From NCBI GenBank assembly GCA_963777645.1, contig CAVZRA010000004.1:141806-205805 (forward strand): a DNA stretch of 64,000 bases, written 5' to 3'. The notes beneath the pieces were generated by a model. The model was not told the origin of the DNA, ran no database searches, and worked only from the letters and a program-made list of their open reading frames with translations. How positions within the stretch are numbered: the stretch's first letter is position 1; each line of letters begins with the position of its first letter. The DNA comes from an uncultured bacterium (GTDB lineage Bacteria > Actinomycetota > Acidimicrobiia > Spongiisociales > UBA5794). Made by a program: the position numbers and the translations under genes. Of this stretch, positions 1-9,843 are shown in pieces.

Positions 1-55
1 CTATCGCAGCGAGGGCGACCGCTCCGGCGATGATGAGTTTGTGGACCAACTTCAT
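1..55 (-). CDS. 5' end (18 codons) of a gene continuing past the window start; hydrophobic signal/TM-like N-terminus
   Basis: ATG at 53-55 on the minus strand with AGAGG about 8 nt upstream; reads MKLVHKLIIAGAVALAAI; too short to name. Confidence 0.25.
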   Translation of the reverse strand, partial: MKLVHKLIIAGAVALAAI

Positions 56-209
56 ACAGAACCTCTGGGGTCGATTGACGTCGGGCTCACTGTCGGCGGA
101 TGTCCATGCCAGGCAAGTGAAGAACTGTGGTCGCCGACTCCACCGAACACGAGGGCAGCGAAACCCAACAAGGGAGCAACCATGTCGGACACTTCGAAAC
201 GCGGCGAGG

Positions 210-567
210 TCAATCCTCGACGATCAGGCGCAGCATTGCATCCGGGTCGGCTAGCAGGTCGAGCAGAGCGAGAGCGTATGCGTCGGCGGGCTCGGTGGCG
301 GTGTATGTGCGTCTGTTACCGTCGACGATCACATTGCATTGGTAGCCGCTCGTGGTACTGCTGCAGCGACTCGAAGGCTCGGCCGAGCCGGTCACGTAGC
401 TGTGCTTCCGAGGGGAGCCACACCGCCTCATTTTGCATGATCGAATCGAGTGCCCACTCGACCGCACCGTTGAAGGAAATGCGCTGTCCCTCGCGTAGCC
501 GCTGTACCTCAACGGTCATCTCGCTGACGGAGAAGACGTTATTCTCGAGGTCACGATCGGGGATCAT
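210..567 (-). pseudogene. small hypothetical protein, apparently frameshifted near 330-365
   Basis: Overlapping minus ORFs 316..591 and 210..512 both read protein-like (..WLPSEAQLRDRLGRAFESLQQYHE, then ..CNVIVDGNRRTYTATEPADAYALALLDLLADPDAMLRLIVED). ATG at 567 is preceded by GGAGGGAG. Confidence 0.45.
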
Positions 568-688
568 GAAACGGTCTCCCTCCCCAGGCACCCATTCCAG
601 TCCCGCGTCGCGCAGTCTTCCGGGCCAGATCTATCGAAATCATATTCCCGAGTTTCGCACGTGTTGACGACCGGCAAAGACGATGGTT

Positions 689-2018
689 CTAGCTAGCTTT
701 CGGATCGTTGTGTTCTCCGGCGGCGGGGCCGAGATCGAGCCGTTTGGCTGCATCGAGGATCGGTTTGAGGTCGCTTTCGGGGAATCCCGCCTGATGGGCG
801 AGCTCCAATGCAAGCTCCGCCTGCTTCCTCAGCTCGCCGGTGCGACCGTCGTGGTCGTCGGCGACCAGCTCGTCGACGAGCTCACCCAACACATTGATGA
901 TGACCTTGAGCACCGCGGGCTGGTTTGCCGCCGCCAGGCGCAGCTCTGCGAAAGCCTCGCGGACATGGTCAGATCTCGACGGTGCCTCCGGCATGAAGAC
1001 ACGCTGTCGCTCGGGTCCGATGTACACCCGCTGCGGGGGCTCGAGGGTGAGGATCTCCCGAATGGGCAGCTTGAGATGCTGGACTACGTCGATGGCAGTG
1101 GTGGGATCGTTGATACCGGGGGACAGTGCACGAAGCCCGATATCGACGAGCTGGCGAATGCCGTATGCCGCATCCTGACTGGAGGTGCGGGCGCGCCCGA
1201 GGTGGATGGATCGCTCAATGGCCCGTGCGGCCGACGGACTCTGGTCGTCGGTCCATAGCGTTGCCAGTAGATCGCCTGCAAAGATCGCCTCCCCCAACCT
1301 CACCTCAATACGAGCGAGCGTGTTGGCTGGGAAGCATTCGGACAAGGTGGGCTGCGTCCATGTCGAGGACCCATCCCGTTTTCGTTGACTGCACCCGAAG
1401 CGGCTGTGACTCGGTGCGAGTGCGTTCCTCGAGTTCATCCTCCGGGGTGCGGTTGCGGTCCTGCTCGCGCACCGCCCGAGCGGCGAACTCCGCAATTCGT
1501 CTCACGACTGCGTCAATCCGCATCCGTCGCAGCGAGTGATCCAGGTACGCAACGATGGCGACTGCCGAGACGATGCCGAGGACAAGCACTGTGGTCACCG
1601 AAAGGCTGGGCCGGGCGGTTTCACTCGGCGGGGCTACTCCGGAGAGGTCGGCAAGCACCAGCAGCGAGAACACGAAGGTGCCGACCACGAGCCCTATGAC
1701 CAGCTTCTGCAGCCAGTCGTCCACGAAGCTGGCAACGGCGCGGGGCGAGTACTGAGTCGCCGCGATTTGACTCGACAACGCCATCATCGAAAAGACGATT
1801 GCCGCGACGGTGATAGTGGCGGCCGCCACTGTTCCTGTGATCGCCCTGCCACCCGCGATCGATGGGGAGAGCAGCCAGGCGACCCCGGTCGAGGTTTGCT
1901 CAGCGTGGTCGACGAGGATGGTTAGACGTGCCAGTGCAATAGCGACGGCGACGATCAGCAGGGGAACAACGTAGAGATTGCCCCGAAGACGCTGGAGGTA
2001 GTTGCGCAGAGACGCCAT
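689..2018 (-). pseudogene. DUF2254-family membrane protein, one frameshift near 1318-1325
   Basis: ORF 1305..2360 (from ATG 2018: MASLRNYLQRLRGNLYVVPLLIV.., TM helices) and ORF 689..1495 (..GINDPTTAIDVVQHL.. C-terminal half) join as ..HLVRMLP/ANTLARIEV.. next to a CCC run. The longer upstream extension overlaps the preceding gene. Confidence 0.8.
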
Positions 2019-2047
2019 TGCTGCTGAGTCTACGGCGGACCGCTGGT

Positions 2048-4681
2048 TCAGGTGGTGTCGAGGGCGCGGTGGAGGAATGCTGCCATTTGGGCTCTGGTGA
2101 CGTAGCTGTTGGGGCAGAACATGTTGTTGTCTGGTGGGTTGCAGCCTCTTGTGATGCCCGCTGTGGCGAGCCGACCGATTTGAGATTCGAAAGGCGACAG
2201 GTCGTCGTCGGTGAATAGGTCGGGTTGGTCCGGGTCGGGGAGATTGAGGGCCCGGTCCAAGAAGGCTGCCATCTGTCCTCTGGTGACATAGGCGCTTGGG
2301 CAGAACTGGTCGTTGGTTGGTGGGTTGCAGCCTTTGGTGATTCCGGTGGCGGCGAGCCATTCGACATCGGTTTCAAAGACGGTGCCGTCGTCGTCTGTGA
2401 AGTCGGTTGGGTCACCGGTTGCGGTGAGGGTGGTGTTGAAGGCCCGGTGCAGGAAGGCTGCCATCTGTCCTCTGGTTACATAGCTGTTGGGGCAGTACCG
2501 GTCGTTGGTTGGTGGGTTGCAGCCTTTGGTGATTCCGGTGGCGGCGAGCCAGATGATGTCGTCGTGAAACACGTTGTCGTCGTTGACGTCCCCAAACTCG
2601 GGAGCCGGTGGTGGCGGCACCGTTGTCGTAGTCGTCGTCGTCGTGGGCGGCACCGTTGTGGTTGTCGTCGTAGTAGTGGTGGTCGTCGTAGTAGTGGTGG
2701 TCGCAGATGTGGTGGTTGTCGTGGTCGTGGTGGTCTCACTCACATCGCCGACATCGATGGTGACCGTCACGGCTGTGGAGACGAGGCCATCGTCGATGGT
2801 CACAGCTGCGACATGCTGAGTCTGGCTCTCGTAGTCGAGAGTTGCGGCGAGAGTCACCTCACCGGTCACACTGTCGATGGCCACAGCGCCGTCACCACCG
2901 GCGATAGCGAAGCTCAGCTGGTCGCCGTCGGGGTCGGTCGCCGAGACGAAGCCAAGTGACGTCCCAACCCCGGTGTCCTCGTCAACCTCCCAGGCCACAT
3001 CCTCCGCCACCGGGTAGCGGGTCAACAGGGTCGAATACATCCGTAGACCGTTGCCATCAGGATTCGCTTCATAGACAACTCGGCTCGAGTCAGGCGAAAT
3101 GGTGATACCTGAGAGCTTGCCGAGCGCGGTGGGGAGTACACCCACATTGGCGTTGATCATGAACGCCGACCCGTCACCATCGCGGGGCACAGCCCATAGC
3201 TCGTTGTCACCGTCATCGTCGGTGTCGGCCCCATATACGAACCAGCGCGAGTCTCGCGAGATATAGGCCCGCAGGTCAGGGGAGATGAACGGGTAGTCGT
3301 TGGGTGCGGTAGCTCCTTCCCGGAGTTGTAGATCGCCACCACCGACCGGGATCGTATAGAGATGCGCCCAATCGTGAGTGCCCGTGTCCTGCCACATCCA
3401 CACGAGCCGGGAGTCGGGGGAGAGATACGCGGTGCCCACGTCACCGAGCTGCAAGGGATCGCCACCGTCCAGCGGGAATGCAGTCAGATACGGAGCTGCG
3501 GCAATCATCGTCGACGAGTCATTGGTTACGTACACGTACCCGATGCCGTCATTGATTTCCGTTGATGGGCCGCCGTCGATCCCAACGAGATGCCAGACCG
3601 GCACCGAGGAGTCCGCGATGCCGGCAATCCCATAGATGACTCCCGACGAATCCGGCAGCAAGGCAATGGGGTCAACCACGTACTCCCCCGGCTCCAGGTT
3701 TCGATTCAGCTTCGTTGTGGACCCTCCGCCCATGGCCGTTGCGTACAGCTCAACGACGCCCTTCGTATCGTGATCTGCCAGATAGACGATCCGAGACGAG
3801 TCCGGGGTGAACCAGTGCTGGGTGACATCGCCGTCGGCCGGGTTGGCTCCAGTGACATTGGTGGGGGTCCCGCCTGTCGCGGGGACTGTCCATACCTCAC
3901 CATTGCTCCCGTAGTAGTAGAGCCAATCTGGGTCTGGAGTAAAGGTTGTCCAATCCCAGACGGGTGAATCCAACTCTTCCGCAGTGGGAAGGAACGATGC
4001 ACTTCCCTGCTCTTCGATGGATACGAGATCGCTGCCGTCGAGGTTCATCGTGTAGAAGCCACCCTCGGTCTCGTTGTACCACCAGAAAGCGAGGCGTGAG
4101 CCATCGGGTGCCAGATCAGGCCTCCATAAGAAGTGCAGGTCCCCCGTGCTCATCCACGGCGCGATTTCGGTGACGGTGCCGCCTTCGATCGGTGTGATGA
4201 AGAGCGTTCGATCGAAGGTGGCCTCATCTGTCGAGTTGTCTGTGCCTTGGGCGAAGACAACTGATGATCCATCCGGTGTTGGCTCGAACCAAGACACCTC
4301 GTCGAACTCGGCACCCAGCACCGGGCTCAGCCGCGTTGCGGGAGAGCTCCCGTCCAGCGGCACCGAGTACAGCTCATTCCCCGGCGTCGTATCGGCGTCC
4401 ATGAGGCATACCCAGTGCTCTGAGTCCGGAGACATCTGCCCATAGGGGCAATCATCCATGAGTTCCACGGTCAGCGTTGCCGGATCGTGGCTGACATCGC
4501 CCATTGCCGACACCACGGGAACGACAGCAGCAACCAGGGTCACAGCCGCCAGTAATGCAGCCCTGCGAATCGTCACCCCTTGTGTTCGTTCACCACGCAC
4601 CGTGCCGATGGTAGAACAGGGGTCCCTGGATCTCACAAACGAGCGCAGACCAGCCCTCCCGACTATCGGCCAGTTGCACAT
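2048..4681 (-). CDS. large secreted surface protein: PD40/TolB-like beta-propeller repeats, cadherin-like domain, poly-Thr/Pro linker, three SLH-like repeats
   Basis: 1017-aa ORF whose first 140 codons overlap the DUF885 gene, so start taken at ATG 4681 (GTG 4600 or 4576 possible, just before RRAALLAAVTLVAAVVPVVSA). Motifs SPDSSRVVY, APDGSRLAF, ATDPDGDQLSFAI..LDYE, and 3x W.AATGITKGCNPP..YVTRGQMAAFL.RA. Confidence 0.85.
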   Translation of the reverse strand: MCNWPIVGRAGLRSFVRSRDPCSTIGTVRGERTQGVTIRRAALLAAVTLVAAVVPVVSAMGDVSHDPATLTVELMDDCPYGQMSPDSEHWVCLMDADTTPGNELYSVPLDGSSPATRLSPVLGAEFDEVSWFEPTPDGSSVVFAQGTDNSTDEATFDRTLFITPIEGGTVTEIAPWMSTGDLHFLWRPDLAPDGSRLAFWWYNETEGGFYTMNLDGSDLVSIEEQGSASFLPTAEELDSPVWDWTTFTPDPDWLYYYGSNGEVWTVPATGGTPTNVTGANPADGDVTQHWFTPDSSRIVYLADHDTKGVVELYATAMGGGSTTKLNRNLEPGEYVVDPIALLPDSSGVIYGIAGIADSSVPVWHLVGIDGGPSTEINDGIGYVYVTNDSSTMIAAAPYLTAFPLDGGDPLQLGDVGTAYLSPDSRLVWMWQDTGTHDWAHLYTIPVGGGDLQLREGATAPNDYPFISPDLRAYISRDSRWFVYGADTDDDGDNELWAVPRDGDGSAFMINANVGVLPTALGKLSGITISPDSSRVVYEANPDGNGLRMYSTLLTRYPVAEDVAWEVDEDTGVGTSLGFVSATDPDGDQLSFAIAGGDGAVAIDSVTGEVTLAATLDYESQTQHVAAVTIDDGLVSTAVTVTIDVGDVSETTTTTTTTTSATTTTTTTTTTTTTTTTVPPTTTTTTTTVPPPPAPEFGDVNDDNVFHDDIIWLAATGITKGCNPPTNDRYCPNSYVTRGQMAAFLHRAFNTTLTATGDPTDFTDDDGTVFETDVEWLAATGITKGCNPPTNDQFCPSAYVTRGQMAAFLDRALNLPDPDQPDLFTDDDLSPFESQIGRLATAGITRGCNPPDNNMFCPNSYVTRAQMAAFLHRALDTT

Positions 4682-4692
4682 TTGCGGAATCG

Positions 4693-6354
4693 CTACCCGG
4701 CGGACCACTCCTTGACCATGCGGTCGAGGGTCGACAGGGGCACCAGGCCGGAGCACAGCACCGTGTCGTGGAAGCCTTTGATGTCGAAGCGGTCGCCCAT
4801 CGTTTCCTCGGCCTCTTTGCGCATGCGGACGATCTCGAGCCGTCCGATCATGTAGGCGAGCGCCTGGCCGGGCATGCCGATGTAGCGGTCGATCTCGGGC
4901 TCGATGGTGCCGAGATGCAGCGGCGAGTTGTTGGCCATGAAGTCGATGGCCTGCTGCCGGGTCCAGCCCTTGGCATGCATGCCCGTGTCGACTACGAGCC
5001 GCCCGGCCCGCATCGAATCGGCAGACAGCATGCCGATGCGCTCGAGTTGCCCGCTGTAGAGGCCCATCTCGTCGGCGAGCCGCTCGGTGTAGAGACCCCA
5101 TCCCTCGGCATACGCAGTCACACCGGCATGCTTGCGGAACTCTGGAATGTCGGTCAGCTCCCCCGAGATGGCGAGCTGGAGATGATGGCCGGGGATGCCC
5201 TCGTGGTAGGCGAGGGACTCGAGCTCAAACCGCCCCCAGGACTTCGGGTCGCTGGTGTTCACGAAGAACGTCCCTGGCCGGGAGCCGTCGGTCGCAGGTG
5301 GGAAATAGAAAGCCGTTGGGCCGGAAGGGGTCTCCCTGACGAAACAATCCGCCTGGGGGAGACGACCGAACCAGTCAGCCATCGCCGCCTTTGCTTTGCC
5401 GAGAGCGACCTCGGCCGCGGCTCGCACCTCTTCACCGGTTTCGAAGTGCAGCGCCGGGTCGTCGCGCAGGCGGGCGTAGATCTCCTGGAGATCAGAGGTT
5501 CCCAACACCTCGGCTCCCAGCTCCCGATACTCGTCGCCGAGCTTGCGGATCTGAGCCAAACCGATCTCGTGGATCTCGTCTGCGGTGAGGTCGACGGTGG
5601 TGTGCCGTTTGATCGCCCGCCGATACCACTCATCGCCGTCTTCGAGATTGCAGATGCCGGGCTTGTCTTCGCCGCGGGAGGCGGGCAGCACGTGGTCTGC
5701 GATGTAGTCGCGGTATTCCTGGAGAGCCGGGTAGATGTCGGAACCTACGATCGAGGCGAGCCGGTCCTTCCACGCCGCGGCCTGCTCCTCGCTGTATGCA
5801 CCCGGGGTGCGCACACTCACAAAGACGCTCTGGTCGGGAGCGGTAGCCAGGAGTGCGTCGAGCTGGCCGACTACCTTCTCCGCAGTGCTCGCCATTGGGG
5901 TGCGGCCGGCTGCGACACCTTCGCGGAGGCGGTCGGTCATCTGGCGGAAGAAGACGCCGAACTTCGGGTACTTCACCAGCATCGCCTCGGCATGCCCGGG
6001 CTCGTCGATAGGAAGCTGCGGGAACAGCACTGGCAGCATCGCCTGGATCCCGACTGCGTGGTTAACGCCGAGCTCGGCTTCACGCATTTCGAGCAAGTCG
6101 GCACGGGTGGTGGTTTCGAAGAGCATGACGTCCCGGGTGACCAGGTCGTCTGCAGAGAGCGTCGCCGGGTCGAAAGCGGCCGCCTTGGCGGCGAAGTCAC
6201 GCAAATCGGCGATACGATCGTCTTCCGCTTCCCGGGAGGCGTCGTCCATTTCCTCGTCGTAATCGTGGATGCCCAGCATCAGTGCGTCGATGGGCGACGA
6301 CTCCAGTTCGGCCTTCCAATAGCTCTCGGCGAGGGAACGAAGTTCGGGGTTCAA
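4693..6354 (-). CDS. DUF885 domain-containing protein
   Basis: 553 aa; TTG start with AGGAGG 6 nt upstream; HEGIPGHHLQ motif and overall DUF885 layout. Confidence 0.9.
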   Translation of the reverse strand: MNPELRSLAESYWKAELESSPIDALMLGIHDYDEEMDDASREAEDDRIADLRDFAAKAAAFDPATLSADDLVTRDVMLFETTTRADLLEMREAELGVNHAVGIQAMLPVLFPQLPIDEPGHAEAMLVKYPKFGVFFRQMTDRLREGVAAGRTPMASTAEKVVGQLDALLATAPDQSVFVSVRTPGAYSEEQAAAWKDRLASIVGSDIYPALQEYRDYIADHVLPASRGEDKPGICNLEDGDEWYRRAIKRHTTVDLTADEIHEIGLAQIRKLGDEYRELGAEVLGTSDLQEIYARLRDDPALHFETGEEVRAAAEVALGKAKAAMADWFGRLPQADCFVRETPSGPTAFYFPPATDGSRPGTFFVNTSDPKSWGRFELESLAYHEGIPGHHLQLAISGELTDIPEFRKHAGVTAYAEGWGLYTERLADEMGLYSGQLERIGMLSADSMRAGRLVVDTGMHAKGWTRQQAIDFMANNSPLHLGTIEPEIDRYIGMPGQALAYMIGRLEIVRMRKEAEETMGDRFDIKGFHDTVLCSGLVPLSTLDRMVKEWSAG

Positions 6355-6431
6355 CGGGGCCTCCTGTGGGTCGCAGACTGTCTAGCTTATTCACTCGCCC
6401 TGAGGTCGGTGCGTCGACCCGGCTCGCGCGA

Positions 6432-6911
6432 TCAGGACTCGCCCTCCCACTGCGTGTAGGGAGAGATCACCAAGCTCGAGTTGTAGAAACGCGGGTCGTC
6501 TGTGACGTCCCGGCCGACCCAGTTGGGGATAGGGGGCGAGATGTGCTCGTCGTCGAGTTCTACCTCGGCGAGGACAAGGCCCTCGTTGGCGCCGTCGAAG
6601 ACGTCGACCTCCCAGGTGAAGGACTCGTATTGCACCAGATGGCGTGTCTTGTGGATCAGCGGCTGAATGCACAGCTCGAGCAATCGTTTGGCGTCGTGCT
6701 CAGGGATCTTGTACTCATACTCGACACGGACCGGGCCGTTGTTGCGGCCCTTGACGGTCAGCTTGGCGGCGTGCCCCTCCCGGATCCGGATCCTTACGGT
6801 GCGGTCCGGGTCGATCGACAGGTACCCCTGGGTCACCAAGCTGTCCGACGTTGTCTGTGTCCGCCAGTCGTCTGAGACGACGAGGTATTGACGCTCGATC
6901 TCATGTGCCAT
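6432..6911 (-). CDS. CYTH domain-containing protein (CyaB/ThTPase-like triphosphate tunnel enzyme)
   Basis: 159 aa; EIERQYLV start, ..RIRIREG..KLTVKG..R.EYEY.., LVLAEVELD pattern typical of CYTH. Confidence 0.9.
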   Translation of the reverse strand: MAHEIERQYLVVSDDWRTQTTSDSLVTQGYLSIDPDRTVRIRIREGHAAKLTVKGRNNGPVRVEYEYKIPEHDAKRLLELCIQPLIHKTRHLVQYESFTWEVDVFDGANEGLVLAEVELDDEHISPPIPNWVGRDVTDDPRFYNSSLVISPYTQWEGES

Positions 6912-7056
6912 CGAGCGATCCTCTGTCGGCGGTGGTGTGAGTCGGTGTGTTCATCTACACCATCCCTGCGCTTTCGGTCAGCCCTCCCGGCGAGCAGCAC
7001 CCGCCGATTCCGAGAAACCGTGACTCGAAACGGGCTCTAGTTCCTAGAGTCTGAGT

Positions 7057-8439
7057 ATGGACTCCAATCAGAATCTGGCCAAGACCGCGGCCGATCGGCT
7101 CGCCACGCTCACCAACCCCGTCATCGACGCCGACCATGGTGAATACCACACCATCCGGCAAACCTTCTATCACGGGCTCGATCGGCGCCCTGCCCTGATA
7201 GCTCGTCCCGTCGATGCGGCGGAGGTGGCCGCGGTGATCGGCACCGCCAGGGAGGTAGGGCTACCGCTTGCGGTGCGTAGCGGCGGGCACAGCGCATTTG
7301 GGCATAGCGTCTGGGATGGGTCGCTCGTGCTCGACCTGGCGGCGATGAAGTCGATCGAGATCGATCCCGGGCAGCGGTCTGCATGGGCGGAGACCGGGCT
7401 CACCGTGGCCGAGTACACAACGGCAACCGCTGCGCACCGGCTCGTTACTGGCTTTGGTGACACAGGCTCGGTAGGCATCGGCGGGATCACGCTTGGCGGA
7501 GGCGTCGGCCTGCTGCACCGGAGCCAGGGGCTCACCATCGATAGCGTCCTGGCCGCAGACGTCGTGACCGCCGACGGACAACTCCACCGTGTCGACGAGG
7601 ACCATCACCCGGATCTGTTCTGGGCGATTCGAGGTGGCGGTGGCAACTTCGGCGTCGTCACCAGGTTCCATTACAGGCTGCATCCAGTGAACAGAGTCGT
7701 CGGTGGAATGATGGCTTTCCACGCAACCCCCGAGGTTGCCGCCGCGATCCTCGCCGCGGCGCAGGACGCCCCCGAAGAGCTCTCCGGGGTTGTTACCGTC
7801 ATGTCGCTGCCGCCGATGCCGGCACTCCAGCCCCGCTATCACGGCCAGGTGGCGATCGGCATGATCATGGTGCACTCGGGACCGATCGATGAAGGCAAGA
7901 AGGTGTTCGACCAATTCCGTGGCATCGCGGAGCCGATCATCGATCTCGTCCAGGTGATGCCATACGTGGCGATGCTCCAGGGCCCCGAGCCGCCGCAACC
8001 GCCGTTTGCGGCCGACCGGACCTGGTTCAGCGATGGTCTCGACGCCGACACGATGGCCCGCATCATCGACGGGGTTGCCAGTTCCACGGCTCCGATGCGC
8101 GTCGTCCAGATCCGCCCGCTCGGTGGCGCTGTTGCCCGGGTGGCGCCGGAGGCAACGGCTTTCGCCCATCGCAACCGGAAGCTGATGATGGTGGTGGGTG
8201 CGGGGTACATCGATCAGGCAGAGCGGGATCGACACGAAGCCTGGGTCGACTCCATGGTCGATGCAGTCGGAGGTAGCGACGGCGCCGCATACGTGGGATT
8301 CATGTCGAACTCGTCCGAGGCAGAGCTGCGGGCTGCGTATCAGGACGCTACGTGGGAGCGTCTCACGGCGGTGAAGGGGCAATACGACCCTGACAACGTG
8401 TTCCATCTCAATCACAACATCCCGCCGGCGCAAGGGTGA
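7057..8439 (+). CDS. FAD-binding oxidoreductase with BBE-like C-terminus
   Basis: 460 aa; VRSGGHS, GGITLGGGVG, IRGGGGNFGVVT, C-terminal YDPDNVFHLNHNI. Confidence 0.9.
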   Translation: MDSNQNLAKTAADRLATLTNPVIDADHGEYHTIRQTFYHGLDRRPALIARPVDAAEVAAVIGTAREVGLPLAVRSGGHSAFGHSVWDGSLVLDLAAMKSIEIDPGQRSAWAETGLTVAEYTTATAAHRLVTGFGDTGSVGIGGITLGGGVGLLHRSQGLTIDSVLAADVVTADGQLHRVDEDHHPDLFWAIRGGGGNFGVVTRFHYRLHPVNRVVGGMMAFHATPEVAAAILAAAQDAPEELSGVVTVMSLPPMPALQPRYHGQVAIGMIMVHSGPIDEGKKVFDQFRGIAEPIIDLVQVMPYVAMLQGPEPPQPPFAADRTWFSDGLDADTMARIIDGVASSTAPMRVVQIRPLGGAVARVAPEATAFAHRNRKLMMVVGAGYIDQAERDRHEAWVDSMVDAVGGSDGAAYVGFMSNSSEAELRAAYQDATWERLTAVKGQYDPDNVFHLNHNIPPAQG

Positions 8440-8485
8440 GCATGCTGTTCGGGGAGTTCACCCGGCACCGGGGTACGGCTCTGTC

Positions 8486-9280
8486 ATGAGCTTTCTCTCT
8501 GTGAGTAGTTCCCGGGGTGGTCCCGGCCGGCGGAACGCCGAGTTGGCCGAGGGTTGGGATATTTTCGGCAGCACCAACGGTGGGTATCTGATGGCCGTGG
8601 CGACCCGAGCGATGGAATCCGAGGCCGAGGGAAGGACTCTGATCTCCGCTTCCGGAACCTATCTCAACCGGGCAACCGCGGGACCTGTCGACATCGACGT
8701 TGCGATCGCCAAGCGGGGCAGGAGTCTGAGCACTCTACGGGCGACGGTGTCTCGAGAAGGGAGAGATTTCGTGCTCGTCACGGCGGAGTTCGCCGTCATC
8801 GGCCCGTCCTCTCGCCAGGATGCCCTCCTGCTCGGGGCGCCGCCCGTGCTCCCACCGATCGACGAGTGCCTACCCATGGAGCCGGCGGCCGATGCGCCGT
8901 TGCCGCCCCCGTTCAGCGGCAAGGTGGATGTGCGCATCCACCCCGACGATGCGGTGCTGCTCGCCGGCGGCCAGCCCGACAAGCCGCTGATGCGTGGCTG
9001 GTTCCGGTTGAGGGACGGTGAGGATCTCGACGCACATGCGGTGGTCCTCGCCAGCGATGCGTTTCCACCTGCCATCTTCAACTCTGAGCTCGCCCTCGGC
9101 TGGACGCCGACGGTGCAACTGGCGGTGCAGGTACGCAACCCGATACCGACGGGGTGGTTGGCCTGCAACTTCGCCACTCGTTTTGTCACCGACGGCATGT
9201 TCGAGGAAGACGGGGAGATCTGGGACGAGGAGGGCAACCTGGTGGCGCTCTCCCGCCAATTGGCCCTCGTCGCTCGCTGA
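8486..9280 (+). CDS. acyl-CoA thioesterase-like (double hot-dog) family protein
   Basis: 264 aa; GSTNGGYLMAVATRA and overall thioesterase-family look; family assignment less certain than the CDS call. Confidence 0.75.
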   Translation: MSFLSVSSSRGGPGRRNAELAEGWDIFGSTNGGYLMAVATRAMESEAEGRTLISASGTYLNRATAGPVDIDVAIAKRGRSLSTLRATVSREGRDFVLVTAEFAVIGPSSRQDALLLGAPPVLPPIDECLPMEPAADAPLPPPFSGKVDVRIHPDDAVLLAGGQPDKPLMRGWFRLRDGEDLDAHAVVLASDAFPPAIFNSELALGWTPTVQLAVQVRNPIPTGWLACNFATRFVTDGMFEEDGEIWDEEGNLVALSRQLALVAR

Positions 9281-9329
9281 CACACTCCTGGCCTAGCCGC
9301 GACGATCTCTACTACCATGCCTCGACGCC

Positions 9330-9361
9330 GGATCAGTCACGGCACCACCCGTGACTGATCC
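9330..9361. terminator. perfect 13-bp stem hairpin (loop CACCAC) between convergent genes
   Basis: GGATCAGTCACGG-CACCAC-CCGTGACTGATCC read directly; no U-tract, so function is inferred. Confidence 0.4.
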
Positions 9362-9364
9362 TGG

Positions 9365-9719
9365 CACACGTTCGCCCCAGCGATTCGGCACTGTTGTCAC
9401 TGATGCTGGATGATCCGTTCATCGTCAACGACCCACCCGAGGAAGTCTGCGCAACGAGGACGCCGACGCCGTTTCATGTCACATTGTTGGTGACGGAGGT
9501 GCTCCCGTTCAGCGTCACGGCTGCCGTAGCGTCGTGCATGTAGATTCCGCCGCCGGAACCGCTCATGCGCCCACCGGTGACAGTGATGTCAGAAAGGGTG
9601 AGGCTGCCTGTGACGTTGACGACACGGCCGGTCTGGTTGGCGTCGATGACGGCGTTGCCGGGACCGGTGCTGGTGAGCGACAGCGTCGTTCCGACCGCGA
9701 CCTCCCCGGCTGTGAGCAC
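9365..9719 (-). pseudogene. remnant of a parallel beta-helix repeat protein (PMP/pectate-lyase-like repeats)
   Basis: ORF 9474..9719 reads ..IDANQTGRVVNVTGSLTLSDITVTGG..GGGIYMHDATAAVTLNGSTSVTNN. A similar repeat (SLTMNGSSSISDNSAESLG) continues downstream in another frame. An in-frame stop lies just upstream. Confidence 0.4.
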
Positions 9720-9843
9720 GATCGGGCTTGTGGCATGGCCGTGATGACTTTCTCCACAGAGTCAAGGGGGCAGGCCTGCGGCGGCCCTGCGGGCTGTCGT
9801 CGGCCGGAACGGGGTGTTCCTCGAGATTGGGGACGGCCGACGC

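Noticed and set aside
52-183. 43-codon minus-strand ORF (MVAPLLGFAALVFGG..) whose stop overlaps the next ATG
   Set aside because: No RBS, very short, and nothing to compare it with. It cannot be supported from sequence alone.
2590-2740. Tandem trinucleotide-like repeat (ACC/ACG/ACT runs)
   Set aside because: It is the coding sequence of the poly-Thr linker of the surface protein, not an intergenic repeat or CRISPR.
4768-6459. 563-aa plus-strand ORF
   Set aside because: It is antisense to the well-supported DUF885 gene. The composition (Arg/Gly/Val/Leu-rich, no motifs) is typical of shadow ORFs in GC-rich DNA.
7261-8433. 390-aa minus-strand ORF
   Set aside because: Antisense shadow of the FAD-binding oxidoreductase gene; no family features.
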